DNA from: Takakia lepidozioides
Lineage: Eukaryota; Plantae; Bryophyta
DNA: 64,000 nt
Assembly: GCA_030704615.1 (NCBI GenBank)
Contig: CM060733.1
Coordinates: 64,108,001 to 64,172,000 of the forward strand
Reading direction: 5' to 3'
Shown one piece after another: positions 35,120 to 49,478 of this stretch (within the stretch, counting starts at the first letter, position 1; every line of letters starts with the position of its first letter). Below the pieces are notes generated by a model that worked only from the letters and a program-made list of their open reading frames with translations, did not search any database and was not told the DNA's origin. The position numbers were made by a program, and so were the translations under genes.

Positions 35120-38100
35120 TTACTGATTTCGACTAGCCAACCTTTGTGAGTGAGCACCTTCTTGACGTTGAGAGTTTCGTGGCGGACTGTGTGTACGAGC
35201 CCGAGGTCTGTCTCTGGTTGACGGAGATGGTTGATCACTACCTGGATAAGTGAGGCCCTCTGGAGGCTGATATCGAGGTAATCTTTCCGGCATAGGAGAT
35301 CCCCTTCGCTTCTTCTCTTCCATCTGAATTGCATAGTCTTCTCCCATGTCAAAAGAATTCGGTGAAGAAACAGTTGTATCAGAATCCTCATCGCCTCTCA
35401 GGTGTTTTAATTTTCGAACTTTTTGTGGAATCATCTGGGGCATACAATGTTGTCCTACCATGTCTGGAAGTTTGTATTTTACAACTTGGTGTAACCGCTG
35501 AACAGCAAAATTGGTGTAGACACTGAGCTCCTTGTCTGTCCAGGTGAGTGGGGTACCAATTACTGGTGCAGCGTGCAAGTACTTCCATGCCACATGTCCC
35601 TTATAGAAAATGTCATCAATGCCGAATTTCTGTGTTGACAAATGGTTGCAGGCCGCTTGAAACCATGAACGAATTTGAGAATCCTTTTGCATCATAACTT
35701 TTGGGTCATATAGGTACATATGAGGTGGCACCGAAGGTAATACCCAATGATCTCCACTGGAATAACTCAGAAAGCGTGTTTGCATCTTTTGTTGCTCAAT
35801 GTGGTAACGTACCAGAAAACAAGCAGCGTAGTATAACCCGCACCCCATGACAATACTTGCTATCTCCTTGGTCTTGGTATAAATGAGTCCATGTACAACC
35901 TGGAAAGCAATCAATTCCCTCAACATGGTACCTGCCTCGTGCCAGTATTGTGCAAAGTGATGATCTTCAATATGTCGATTGTTCGGAAGAACTTTAGTCC
36001 TAGTTGCCACTGGCAGCCAAATACGCATGATTTGGTAGTAATGTGCGAATGACTGCGGAGGACTAAATTCTTTCCAAGCCAAATCCAACATGATGGGAAT
36101 TGGTTGAAGGGCATAATCATAGCCCTACTGTACTCCCTTGCAGCTGGAGTTTTAGGTGGGTTAAAAGCGGCATTGCCCCATACCTCCGGCTGTAGTGGCT
36201 GTGGTGTGGTTGTAGTAACCACAGGTTCAGCTACTGGTACAGTGACTTGTTGTGGTGGGTGGTACTGGCTCTTGTATCATTGGCATCTCCTGCACCTCCT
36301 GTGAAGACTGAAAAGCCAAAGTTCTGGCTTGTAAATAAGAAGCCATTAGCTGTTCCTGAGGGATATAGACTCTTTGGTCGATGTTTGAAGTGAGGTCTTC
36401 CACTTGAGTCTGGAGTCCGTCTACATCCTCTTGTAACTCTGCTATCCTACTATAGACATTGTCTATAGTAGTTGTGGCAATGTTCTGCACCTGCAGCCTG
36501 AGCTCATTCATCTCGCTTTGGGTGAGCTTCCGTGGTGCTTTGCCCTCTACTGGCCCTTGTGCTAACCAGACCTGCATAAGGCTGTTATCCACTAAGTTGC
36601 TTGTGGTTCCCCTGAGAGTTTTCTCCTCTCTTAGCTTGTACAATTCCAACTGCTGTTGTAAAGCCTCCATGCGCTTCGCCTGAGGTTCAACCAATTGCGC
36701 ATAAGCAGCAAGTAGATTATTGGCTTCCTTCCAAGCCTTGTTATTGACTGCGATTTCATTTTTATTGGCCATGATGGTTTGTTGCAACTCCACGATGTGC
36801 TTCTCTTGATCAGCTTCAATCTGCCTGTATTGCTTGAAAGTATCTTCATTGCGACAGATTGTATTCTTCATATCGACAATGAGCTTCATTTGCTCAACAT
36901 TCTCTTCTTCTGCCTTCGTACATTTTTCCGCTTGACTGTTTATTTTTTTTGTAGATTGGTCAAGCATAGTTGTAAATGTAGCACATTGTATCGCCATCCT
37001 GTTATGCACTGTCTGCAACTCCGTATGTAGTGCATTCAGTTCTTGCAACTTGCTTTCATGCTGCACCTGCATTTGGTATAGCTGTTGCTTATGTGCTTCG
37101 TGCAACTGGTCTTGCGCGAGGCCTGCCTCAATCAATTGTTGCTTGGCCAATTGCAAAGCCATTTCTGTATTTCCCAAGTCCTGCTTCATCTTGAGAGTGA
37201 CCTCTTCATCGACCTTGTTTGCACACTCAGTGGCAAGTCGAGCCTCAAACTCCTTCCTGAGTTCCTCTTTCAAGGCTGTCAATTGGGTAATTGGAACATG
37301 GGATTTGACATAAGTCCCCAACAAATTAAGTGTCCTGCCTATGGAACTCATCAGCATTGCCTGTTGAGGGTCATCATGGTGAGGTTGTTGCTGTTCCTCC
37401 TGATCTTCAACAGTGTGATGTCTCACTAACCATTCAGGCCATTGTCCCACTGGATTTTCTTCCTGAACTACTTCATCTATCACCGGTGCTACAGTGTCAT
37501 GACCTTCCGCCTGTGGTACCTCCGACACAGGTGTGTGTATTATATGCACCTCAGGATTTCCCTTGGGCAACTGTTGCACCTCTGGGATTTCTGTCTCCTT
37601 GACCAGACCAGAATATTCATAGAGAAGGTCCCCCTTCTCTATTTCTGCCACTATCTGTTCTGTAGTTGGAATATCTAACCCTTCACTTTCCAAATCAATT
37701 ATTTCTGGTTGAGCTGCATGGATAACTTGTGACCTTGTGACAAGTCGTTCAGGTGGCTGTGATGGTTGTGATGCAGAAGTAACTTCCTCCTCCCTCTCTG
37801 AAGGTCCTGCTTCCAGTAATAGCATTTCTCTGTGCTGCTGTGCCCCTTCCTGGCCATGAGCTTGGGAAACATTATCATGCGGAATCCGTGAAGCCAGTGG
37901 ATCCGCCACTACAGTCTTTCCCCGTCTCTGCCTCTTAGTCTCGGGTTGCCCTGCTAGTCCACCCTCACTGTGTGAAGAGCCTTGCTCTTCCATTGCAGTT
38001 GTTTCTGGCTCAAACACTCCCATTTCCTTTCTTACTTGCGCATTAAGTATGCCAGAATCAAGGATTATTTGAGCAATGATTGGGCCAGACACTATTATAG

Positions 38101-38883
38101 GAGACTTTGCGGTAGTACCTTGTAATCTTTTCATCTCCTCTACCAGTGCGTTGTACATTATGTCCGCCCATTGTACCTCTCGTCCCTTCAGGCCTTTGAG
38201 TATTTCCTCCGTGAAGGATCTGCTCAAATACTGTTGGTTCTGTTTCATGGCAATCAGAACGTTCAATACCTGGCCTACCTCTTTTAACCCTGGGTACACA
38301 GCCTTGGTACAAGCATAACCCTGAGTTTTAAAGAAACTCCCTTCTTGGAATAAGTCCTCTATTTGCAGTCTTGCCCTGTGTTGCTCCACATGCACCTGAC
38401 CTGCTGGCAATCGAAACAATTGCTGGAGGTATAGGGGAGTAATCATTAATTCAACTCCCTTCACCGTTGTTGTTCATGTCCTTGGCTCAAAGTTCTGCAA
38501 AAATTGTAACATGTACTGTCTATGGTGTAGTGTCCAATCTAGGCTTTGCAATCCTTGCAATCTCAGCTCCTCCAGTATCTGTATCGCCTGTGGGGTAGCA
38601 ATTGTTTGTTTCTGCAGAATCGTGGTGCTCTTCACCCTGATTTCCTCTATGCCTCTCACTCTCTTCATTTTAGACTCACCGAACTGTTTGGCTGTAACAA
38701 CTGTAGGAATGCCTGTAGTGCACAAAGCATAAACGTATGGTTGCTGCAGAAAGCTATGGGTAATTTCTTGTAAGCCTGCGGGGCTTGCAAGCATCGCTCA
38801 AGAGAAAAGCTCCGCTCTGTCCTTTCGTGTCTATGCCACTGCGTAAGTAATATTGCGAGCGTATAGTCTGTTAGTTCCTCCAT
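35120..38883 (-). pseudogene. Large sense-strand accessory ORF (~1250 codons, broken by ~4 frameshifts): plant-transposon-type N domain, acidic linker, long coiled coil, unknown C domain
   Basis: Abutting or overlapping ORFs 38794-38474, 38464-36227 (745 aa), 36222-35920 and 36091-35120 (323 aa) lie between the integrase and the PPT. Confidence 0.78.
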
Positions 38884-39339
38884 AGTTTCCAAGGTATAAC
38901 ATTGATGGTCTGTCCTGTCGAGACGCCCGTTACTCAGAACGACGCCGCCTCTTGCGCTCAATTTCCCTCCATTTTCTTGATCCTTTCTCTGGTTTTCTAT
39001 TGGCTGTATCCGCTGTGACTGGATTTTAGATTTTATCTTCTTTAGTGGACTTTCCCTGTTGGATAGTCCACTAGGATCACACATGTGACAAGAATTCGGC
39101 TTTTCTGTACTTGCCGTTCGTTCCGTTTCCCTTTCCGTACTCATTAATGGGCCCGCCTTTCATCCCTTTTGACGGCCGTTCTTGTCCTCTTTCTTTTTGA
39201 CATCTGTCCTTGCACTTCATTCTCGGCTGTGTGTCGCGCCCTGACCTCCACGTGTCTATTTTTAAAGTAATTTCCGTTTCCTCTTCCTTCAGCCATTTTC
39301 CTGAAGTTATTATGTGTCCACTTGTCACTGATTCTATGG

Positions 39340-39595
39340 ATCGTGTAACTTTAGTAGGCTGTGTTGAGCTGTGACAGGCTGTGTCATACTGTGTTACGCT
39401 GTGATAGGCTGTGATGCACTGTGGTAAGCTGTGATAGGCCGTGACACGCTGTGGTAGGTTGTGATAGGCTGTGCTTTGCCTTGATGGGCTGTGATTGGCT
39501 GTGCTTTGCCTTGATGGACTGTGATTGGCTGTGCTTTGCCTGATGGGCTGTATTGGCTGTGTTTTGCCTTGATGGGCTGTGATTGGCTGTGTCAC
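39340..39595. repeat. Internal minisatellite (10/30-bp GGCTGTG..TGAT units) between pol and the accessory ORF
   Basis: GGCTGTGCTTTGCCTTGATGGGCTGTGATT repeated 4 times, plus related units. Confidence 0.85.
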
Positions 39596-39699
39596 GTTTG
39601 TTTTGCCCGCCCTGGTCATATATGCTGGGCCTAGCGACAAGTGTTCCATACTCCGTTCGTAACACTGGTGCAGCCCGTGACTGCTCTTGCGGTTCAACA

Positions 39700-42600
39700 T
39701 GCAAATCATGCTGCAAGGGTTTGTCATGGATACCACTGTACCCCTTCAACTTATTTGCATTGACTCTTCCCAGCATTTCTTTGTTAATGGTTTGTAACAT
39801 GGCGGTGTTGTTATCATACATCTTTTGTATGACATAAGGTCCTTTCCACGGTGATTTAAGCTTAGAAGCTTGAATCTTTCCTTTTTTCTGCAACCATAGA
39901 ACCAAATCCCCCGTCTTAAAAGTCTTTAACTTGCCTTCATCAAACTGTTCCTTTCGCTTCATCTGAATTCTGGTCATATTATCAGCTGCATCAGCACGTA
40001 CTTCTTCCACATGGTATAATTCATGTTTCCTGACCTTGATGGAGTCTTGCAATTCCATTCTTTTCCCCACTCCGTTCTCATGGTAGGTAACAGGAATTCC
40101 ACTAGAAGTAAGGCTTCCATACCATAAACTAATTGGAATGGTGTATACTTAGTGGTGACTTATATGAAGTCCTGTATGACCACAAAGCTGTCAGCAGCTT
40201 CGTATCCCAATCCGTTCTGTTTGCATTGACTATCTTAGCCCAAGATAGTACATAGTATTTTGTTGGTAGCCTCTGCCTGCCCATTACCCTGTGGGTAATA
40301 TGTTGTACTCTTTCTATGCACAATCATAAACTCTTTAGTCAACAACTCAATGGTCTCATTCATGAAGTGACTTCCTTGATCACTGATAAATTCTAAGGGA
40401 CAGCCAAATCGTGTAAGTATGTTCTCGTACAGAACCTTGCTGTGGACTTGGCTGTGTTGTCCCTCAAAGCTTTAGCTTCCACCCACTTTGTAGTATAATC
40501 AGTGGCTGTAATTATGTACCTGTTTCGTGTATTCTTGGATGGTGGGTTAATTGGTCCAACAAAGTCTAGTCCCCATTTCTGAAATGGTTCCGTAGGCATT
40601 GTAGGATGCAAGGCCATCCTTCCAGATCTCTGCAAAGGTCCTAGCCTCTGACATTCATCACACTTCTGACAATACTCGTGTACATCTTTGAACAAAGTAG
40701 GCCACCAGTATCCTGCGAGTAGTATCTTTCTACTGGTAGTCTCTTCTCCAAAATGACCTCCAGCCACTCCTTTATGAACTTCCGCCAAAACTTTATTTAC
40801 TTCATGGTGGTACAAGCATCGTTTTAGTACTCCATCAGGTCCTAACTTATACATTCTGCTTCCTACCATAGTATAAGGTAAAGCTTTGATAGCGATTCTC
40901 TTCCTCTGCTCCTTACCATAACTAGGTGGGCACTGACCATGAGCAAGGTAGTATCTGATTGGCCACTGCCAATCTAACCAGTCATCTGCATTCCCTGCAC
41001 CTCCACTGCAAAGAGACTCGCATCTGGTAATTGATCATCTATTCCTGTGGCTGGTTCTCCTGTTGACAACGTGACAAATGATCCGCCACAAGATGCAGTC
41101 TTCCAGGCTTGTAAACAACCTCGAACTCAAACTCGTGCAAGATTATCAACCATCTTGCTATTCTTCCGCTTATCAGAGGTTTGTTTCCCAGGTATATCAG
41201 AGCCTGGTGATCCACATAGAACATAAACTTCTTGCCCAACAGGTAATGCCTGAATTTCTTCACTGCATAGATCATTGCCAATGCTTCTCTTTCCGTTGTG
41301 TATAGTTCCTCTCAGCACTGTTCATCAACCGGCTAGCATAGTACACAGGTGAATCTATATTCCCTGTAACATTCTGGGCTAACACCGCTCCCAACGCTTC
41401 TCCTGATGCATCGCAGTGAACATGGAATACTACATGCCAGTGAGGGTTAATCAGCACAGGTGTAGTTGTTACTGACAGTGTAAGTTCCTCAAATGCCTGT
41501 TGACATTCAGCTGTCCAGGCAAACACTGCATCTTTCTTCAGTAGTTTGCTCAATGGTGCTGCTATTTGTGCATACCTTTTGACAAATCTCCTGTAATAAC
41601 TGGTTTGCCCAAGGAATCTCCGTAGACTTTTAACATTCACTGGTGGTGGAGAGGCTTTAATGGACTCTGTCTTTCTGGGATCCACAAGGAGTCCCTTCTT
41701 ACACACAATGTGTCCCAGAAGCACCCCTGAGTTCACACAGAAAGTACACTTCTCTGGATTCAGGCCCAGACCTCTCATCCTGCATCTGGCCAAACATAAC
41801 TCCAATTTATGCAAGTGCTCACTCTTAGAGCTGTACACACTGAAATCATCCAAGAATACCTGCATGAAATCATCCAGATACTCATGAAAAGATTCACTTA
41901 TCACTCTTGAAAGGTCGCTGGTGCATTACAAAGTCCAAAGGGCATGACTTTGTATGCATAAGCCCCCAGTCTGTGATGAAAGCTGTTTTCCCTTGGTCTT
42001 CTTCTGCCACTTGCACTTGATTATAACCACTGAAGCCATCCATGAATGAGTACATCTCATGGCCTGCCACAGTGTCTAATACTGCTTCTGTGAATGGCAA
42101 AGGGAAAGGATCTTTCTTTGTACAAGCATTCAGCTTCTTATAGTTCACACATACTCTTAGTTTTGCCATTCTTCTTGGGAACTATAACAATGGGTGACAA
42201 CCAAGTTGTATACTCTATTGGGTATATAAACTTAGCCTCAGCCAACTTCTTTATCTCTTCTCCAACCTTCTGTGCGTAGTTGGGATTCATTCTATACCGC
42301 GCCTGCTTGATTGGTACTGACCCTAGTTCCAGTTCAATCTTATGCTGACAGACTTCAGGTGGTATCCCTTTTAGATCCTCATAGCTCCAAGCAAATACAT
42401 CTCTGTATTTGATGAACAAGCTTTAGCTTCTTCGAAGAATTCCGGCTCCAAATCAGCTCCTACTTTCACCATCCTCGGTTCCTCCTTAGTTCCCACATTT
42501 ACTTCTCTCACCTGCTCATCAGCTGTGATTGTCCAACCAGTCACCACTTCATCCTGTAAGCTCACAGTGGCTGGTTCTTCTAGGATTTTATTTCCCTTCT

Positions 42601-43199
42601 CTTTCTTCATAGAAATGTGATGGGTAAATGCTGGTTTCCTCTTCAGTTGGTGTTGCTGTCACTACACCACAGCAGATACCTCTCAAACAACTTAGGCTTT
42701 CCAGCCGCATCTCTGCAACCTGCTCCCACTCTGGGTGTGCAGCAAATAGGGTAGCTTCCTGCTCCTCATCCAGTCCTCCTCTCCAGTCATACTCTCTGAC
42801 TCCTCGAGGTCTTCTTGTAGTAGGTAATCTACTAGATTTCTTTGTGGTAATTTGTATCTCGTGTATCCCATTATGCACGGTAGTAACTGAGAATTCCAGT
42901 CATGGAATACCCTGGCCTGTTTCAGCCACGGACGTCCCAATAATAAGAGTAAGCCTCCATGACTTATCCATTTTTAATACAGTTACTGTGATCATAAAGA
43001 TCATTTTCTGTATCTGTATCTTAACTCCTCTTATTAATCCCAATGGCTGCACACTTCTTTGATCTGCCATTGTTACTGTAAATGGGGCTGGTTTCATGTT
43101 ACTTAGACCAAGCTTCTTCCTTAATTGGTCTGTCATGATATTTACTCCAGAACCACCATCTATCAGTACATCAGTTAGTTCTGTGCTTCCAATTCTCAA
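39700..43199 (-). pseudogene. pol of the 16-kb element (PR LIDGGSGVN, RT FLDD, RNase H CDAS, integrase Hxxxx[18 protein letters not shown])
   Basis: ORFs 42900-43199, 42138-42419, 41894-42169, 41272-41904, 41039-41281, 40393-40869 and 39384-40070. Confidence 0.92.
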
Positions 43200-46100
43200 T
43201 TGGATACTGGCATAGAATCATCAAAGTCCATGACTGGTTTCTCGCCCTTCCGGCTTCACATATAACTGGTCACCTTGCTGTTCAGGTCTGTGTTTCCTGT
43301 CTCTTGGGCAATTCGATGATTGCTTGATACAGCCTGTGCCTACAATAAGGTGCCACAGCTAATAGCTGTCCAATGGTAATTTCTGCTTTGGTCTGACAAT
43401 TACTTCGCTAAAGTCTCTTCATTACTTTGCATGTCTGTAATCTTCTTTTCCTTTCTTCCTCACTCCCTTCTTTTCTCCATCCGAATCAGAGGAATCTGCC
43501 ACAGGAATATAGTACTCTTTTGCATTTCCCTTATAGTATCTGCAACTTCCTTGTGCAGTTCCTTCTCATCTTTCCAAGTCTCTTCATCTTCAGGCATATC
43601 ATGTCACTTCCAGTCTCATCTTCTTCCTCTTCACTGGAGGTATTAGTTGGCTTTACTTCTGTTACTACTCATTGTACTTACTTCTGGTTTACAACACATG
43701 GGCCTAACCATGTGAGCTGCCACCAACTGGCACTCATTCAACAGGAGTCTATCATCTCATTTGGTGTCTTATCAGATATGAACAGGCTGCCTTGCGAGTG
43801 TCTGGCTGATTAAAATAGTAACAAGCCTCTTCACCATGGGTCCTCGCCCTTGGTCTGTTCTTGGATTATTATAATCCTGATTCTGGGTGGTAATTCCCCC
43901 TTGGATTACCCTGATAGGGTTGCCTCATGGAATTTCCTTGGTAATTCCCTCTTGAATTACCTCTCCTTCCATGCCATTGTCTATAACCACCAGACCTACC
44001 ATAGTGGTCCTGATCATGTTCCTACCATAGTCTTAAGGTAAAGCTTTGATAGCGATCTTATTCCTCGCTCCTTACCATAACTAGGTGGGCACTGAACCAT
44101 GAGCACAGGTAGTATCTGATTGGCCACTGCAATCTAACCAGTCATCTGCATTTCCCGCCCTCCAGGCAAAGAGACTCGCATCTGGTAATTGATCATCTAT
44201 TCAGTGGCTGGTTCTCCTGTTGACAACCGTGACAAATGAATCCGCCACAAGATGCAGTTTCCAGGCTGAAAACAACCTCGAACTCAAATCGTGCAAGATT
44301 ATCAACCATCTGCTATTCTTCCGCTTATTCAGAGCGTTTGTTCCCAGGTATATCAGAGCCTGGTGATCCACATAGAACATAAACTTCTGCCAACAGGTAA
44401 TGCCTGCATTTTTCACTGCATTAGATCATTGCCAATGCTTCTCTTCCTTGTGTTATAGTTCCTCTCAGCACTGTTCATCAACCGGCTAGCATAGTACACA
44501 GGTGAGATCTATATTCCCTGTAACATTCTGGGCTAACACCGCTCCCAAGCTTCTCCTGATGCATCGCAGTGAACATGGAATACTACATGCCAGTGAGTTA
44601 ATCAGAACAGGGGTAGTTGTACTGACAGTGTAAAGTTCCCAAATGCCTGTTGACATTAGACTGGTCCAGGCAAACACTGCATCTTTCTTCAGTAGTTTTG
44701 CTCAAGGTGCTGCTAATTGTGCATACCTTTTGACAAATCTCCTGTAATAACTGGTTTGCCCAGGAATCTCCGTAGACTTTTGAACATTCACTGGTGGTGG
44801 AGAGGCTTAATGGACTCTGTCTTTCTGGGAATCCACAAGGAGTCCCTTCTTACACAATGTGTACCAGAAGCACCCCTGAGTTTCACACAGAAGTACACGT
44901 TCTGGTGGATTCAGGCCAGACCTCTCATCCTGCATCGGCCAAACATAATCTCCAATAATAGCAAGTGCTCACTCTTAGAGCTGTACACACTGGAATCATC
45001 CAAGAATACCTGCATGAAATCATCCAGATACTCATGAAAGATTCAAGTTATATCATCTTGAAAGGTCGCTGGTGCATTACAAAGTCCAAAGGCATGACTA
45101 TTGTATGCATAACCCCCCAGTCTGTGATGATGAAAGTGTTCCCTTGTCTTCTTCTGCCACTTGCACTTGATTATAACCACTGAAGCCATCCATGAATGAG
45201 GTACATACTCATGGCCTGCCACAGTGTCTAATTACTGCTTCTGTGAATGGCAAAGGGAAAGGATCTTTCTTTGTACAAGCATTCAGATTCTTATAGTTCA
45301 CACATATCCTGTTTGCCATTCTTCTTGGGAACGATAACAATGGGGTGACAACCACGTTGTATACTCTATTGGGTAATAAAATTAGCCTCAGCCAACTTCT
45401 TTATCTCTGTCTCCAACCTTCTGGAGTAGTTGGGATTCATTCTATACCTCGCCGCTTGATTGGTACGACCCTAGTTCCAGTTCAATCTTATGCTGACAGA
45501 CTTCAGGTGGTATCCCTTTTAGATCCTCATAGCTCCAAGCAAAAAAATCTCTGTATTTGATGAACAAGCTTTAGCTTCTTCGAAGAATTCGGACCAAAAT
45601 CAGCTCCTACTTTCACCATCCTCGGTTCCTCCTTAGTTCCCACATTTACTTCTCTCACCTGCTAATCATCAGCTGTGATTGTCCAACCAGTCACCACTTC
45701 ATCCTGTAAGCTCACAGTGGCTGGTTCTTCTAGGATTTCTATTTCTCCTTCTCTTTCTTCATAGAAATGTGATGGGTAAATGCTGGTTTCCTCTTCAGTT
45801 GGTGTTGCTGTCACTACACCACAGCAGATACCTCTCAAACAACTTAGGCTTTCCAGCCGCATCTCTGCAACCTGCTCCCACTCTGGGTGTGCAGCAAATA
45901 GGGTAGCTTTCCTGCTCCTCATCCAATCCTCCTCTCCAGTCATACTCTCTGACTCCTCGAGGTCTTCTTGTAGTAGGTAATCTACTAGATTTCTTTGTGG
46001 TAATTTGTATCTCGTGTATCCCATTATGCACGGTTAGTAACTGAGAATTCCAGTCATGGAATACCCTGGCCTGTTTCAGCCACGGACGTCCAATAATAGG

Positions 46101-47180
46101 AGTAAGCCTCCATGACTTCATCCATTTTTAATACAGTTACTGTGATCATAAAGATCATTTTCTGTATCTGTATCTTAACTCCTCTTATTATAACCAATGG
46201 CTGCACACTTCTTTGATCTGCCATTGTTACTGTAAATGGGGTGGTTTCATGTTACTTAGACCAAGCTTCTTCCTTAATTGGTCGTCATGATATTTACTCT
46301 CCAGAACCACCATCTATCAGTACATCAGTTAGTTCTGTGCTTCCAATCTCAATTGGATTACTGGCATAGAATCATCAAAGTCCATGACTGGTTCTCGCCC
46401 TTCCGGCTTCACATTATAACTGGTCACCTTGCTGTTCAGGTCTGTGTTTCCTGTCTCTTGGGCAATTCGATTGATTGCTTGATACAGCCTGTGCCTACAA
46501 TAAGGTGCCACACTAATAGCTGTCCAATGGTAATTTCTGCTTTGGTCTGACATATTACTTCAGCTAAAGTCTCTTCATTACTTTGCATGTCTGCATCTTC
46601 TTTTTCTTTCTTCCTCACTCCCTTCTTTTTCTCCATCCGAACAGAGGAATCTGCCACAGGAATATCAGTACTCTTTTGCATTTCCCTTATAGTATCTGCC
46701 ACTTCCTTGTGCAGTTCCTTCTCATCTTTCCAAGTCTCTTCATCTTCAGGCATATCATTGTCACTTCCAGTCTCATCTTCTTCCTCTTCTACTACTGGAG
46801 GTATTAGTTTGGCTTTACTTCTTGTTACTATCATTGTACTTACTTCTGGTACAACACATGGCCTAACCATGTGAGCTGCCACCACTGGGCCCTCATTCAC
46901 AGGAGCTCTCATCTCATTCTGGTGTCTTATCCAGAATGAACAGGCTGCCTTGCGATGTCCTGGCTGATTACAATAGTAACATAGCTCTTCACCATTGGGT
47001 CCTCGCCCTTGGTCTGTTCTTGGATTATTCTATAATCCTGATTCCCGGGCTGGTAATTCCCCCTTGGATTACCCTGATAGTTGCCTCTGGAATTTCCTTG
47101 GTAATTCCCTCTTGAATTACCTCTCCCTTCCATGCCATTGTTGTAACCACCAGACCTACCATAGTGGTCCTGATCATTGT
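40860..47180. repeat. Internal ~3.16-kb tandem duplication (40860-44019 and 44020-47180), very indel-rich around the junction
   Basis: TCCTACCATAGT.TAAGGTAAAGC at 40861 and 44020; ATAGTGGTCCTGATCAT at 44001 and 47161. Confidence 0.9.
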
Positions 47181-49449
47181 TTCTTCTTGGCTGGGGCTGC
47201 ACCTGATGCACCCTTACTTGCCTAGGTTCTCTTGCAGCTGTCCTTCTGTTGTAGTAACAATTCTCAGTAGAATGGTTATCCATTTTACAGATAGTACAGT
47301 GTTTCTCCTTCATGTGGCTTCTGTGGTGGTATGGCCTTCATTCTGGCACTTTGCACACCATACACCCTTCCTCCAATGTGTTGCAGCCTCTGTGGCATAC
47401 TTCTTCAAGATTTCTTCCAATTTTTTTTCATAGTTATCCCTCTTCAACTTCTCCTTTCTCTTACTCTTTCTTTTAGTTCTTGCTCTTCTTCTTCATCTGA
47501 CTCATCCTCAGAGTCCTCATCTTTTTTTTTTTCTCTCTCCTGAGCATTCCCAATTGCTCAATTCTGTTCGCAGTTTCAAATGCCTCCTCCACTGTATTAT
47601 GGGGTAACATATCCACTTTCTTTTGCAACTCTGGTCTTAGTCCACTCACAAACCAAGTCTTCTGTAACCGGGCGCTGGTACTGCAGCAGCTTTTTCATCA
47701 TCAATTCCATCTTCTCCATATACTCTTCAACAGTTTCATGCTTCTTCTGCTTCAGCTGTTGTAAACTTCCATACACTTCATCCTCAGTTTTACTTGTCCT
47801 GACCTATTTCGAAATGCTGTATTCAAGCCATTCCGGTTAGGAAATGATTATCAGGGAATCTTGCATACCATTTCACTTGCTTTCTTGATAAGTGAACAAG
47901 GAAACAGTCTCATCTTGGCATCATCGCCATTCTCATTGTTCACTATACCCATGTGCTCAAATTGGCTATGTGTACATCGGGATCCCTTTCCTGAATATAT
48001 TGGAAAGGGTGGTTTTTGCCCGTGTGGGTTGTAACGCCATCTGTGGCCCTACCTTCTGCCCCTGACAGGTGCTGGCACCCTTGCTGGTGCTGGTCCTTTT
48101 GACCCTGTTGTTTTTGTGGGGATCTTCCACCAAGTGGTGGCCCTGAGCACTCCTTGCTTCTGCCCCACGATATTCACAGTATTCCCAGCTTCAGTTGCAC
48201 TACTTCCCACACTCCCTGTCCCCCCAGAGCCAGATCCAGGCAGCCCGCCTGATCCCCCTGAGCCGACACCTTCGTTGGCCTGTGATCCAAGTGCTCCCTT
48301 GATCCGGTCCAACGGGTTGGAATGTCCTGGTTGTAGTCTCAACCTCAGCTGTTGGGTCTACTTCTTCATATCTTTTCCTCTTCTAATTTCTTCTCTCTGT
48401 TTTCATCCTCCAAGTTTGCCCTTGGGTTTTCTTCTTCACTCATGTAACTCAACTGTAATGGTGTTTGGAGAGTCTGAACTCTCCGTTGGCTCTAACACAT
48501 CCTCTTCTCCTTTCTTCACCTTCTGCTTCAGAAACTGGAGTTCCTGCTTTGGTGTTCCATCCAACTCTTATCAAAGATTTCTTCAAGTCTTTTATCCAAG
48601 GATGTACCTCAGATCTTTTCACCTCGTGATTGATCTTCTCCTGTACAATTCCCTTAATCTTTCTTGCAAAGAAACAGAAGGAGTGCATCCAACTCTAGTT
48701 TCTTCTTTCCGGTATAGGTGATGCACTCTTTGATCTTAATGGTGTGAGAGGTCCAGATGATTCCCCTATGTCTATTCCTCTCTCCTCCCAAAGATATGGA
48801 TAATTAGCTTTCAGATAGCTTCCTCTTTTTGCTGAATATCTCTGTCGTCTAGCTTCTCTTTCATCACTCATGTCCCATGTCTTTCATTTCTTTTAATGTG
48901 GCAATAACCAAAACTCTCTTCTGTAATATCTCTCGTATATGCCGGGTTTCTTTCAAGCTTCAATGCACCTTTGGCTATACTTGAAGTCTCCGTTACCATA
49001 TAACCATATGGCAAACAAGTCTGAAAGCTGTTCTTGGTGTGAGTTTGATCCACAAAATATCCTTTGGAATCCAATTCTTTACCAGTACAAGCTCTTCATG
49101 CATATGAGTATAAACATTCACACCTTTCTTTCTTCCCAGCCTTCAAACTCTACTCGTTAATGGATATCAATGCTATCACATAACCCAATGTTGGTAACCA
49201 ACGTGCTCTTTCTCTACAGGCTACCTGATAAATCTTTTATCACTCCTTTTCTCCCACCCCATTCTGGATCAGCATCATGCACTCGTTTAAGAATATTTTC
49301 TTTACAACCGTCTGGCAATTCCAAGAACCTTTGAAAGAATTGTTTGGACAATCTTTCTTCCTTCGTTCCACAGGGATTTGATTCACTTCAAATTCTTTAA
49401 TGGTCCAACCACCATGATCCCACCAGATGCTGTCACTCTGGTTGTTCAT
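46400..49449 (-). pseudogene. Frameshifted gag of the 16-kb element with several CCHC-like knuckles
   Basis: CTICKMDNHSTENC and neighbouring CxxCxxxxH motifs, a retrotransposon-gag-like LFPCSL segment, directly downstream of the PBS. Confidence 0.75.
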
Positions 49450-49478
49450 GTCTCAGGTCCGCCAGTATGGTCGCCAAA

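Noticed and set aside
35120-38883. True retroviral envelope gene
   Set aside because: No evident signal peptide, furin site or clear C-terminal membrane anchor. Only the position is env-like.
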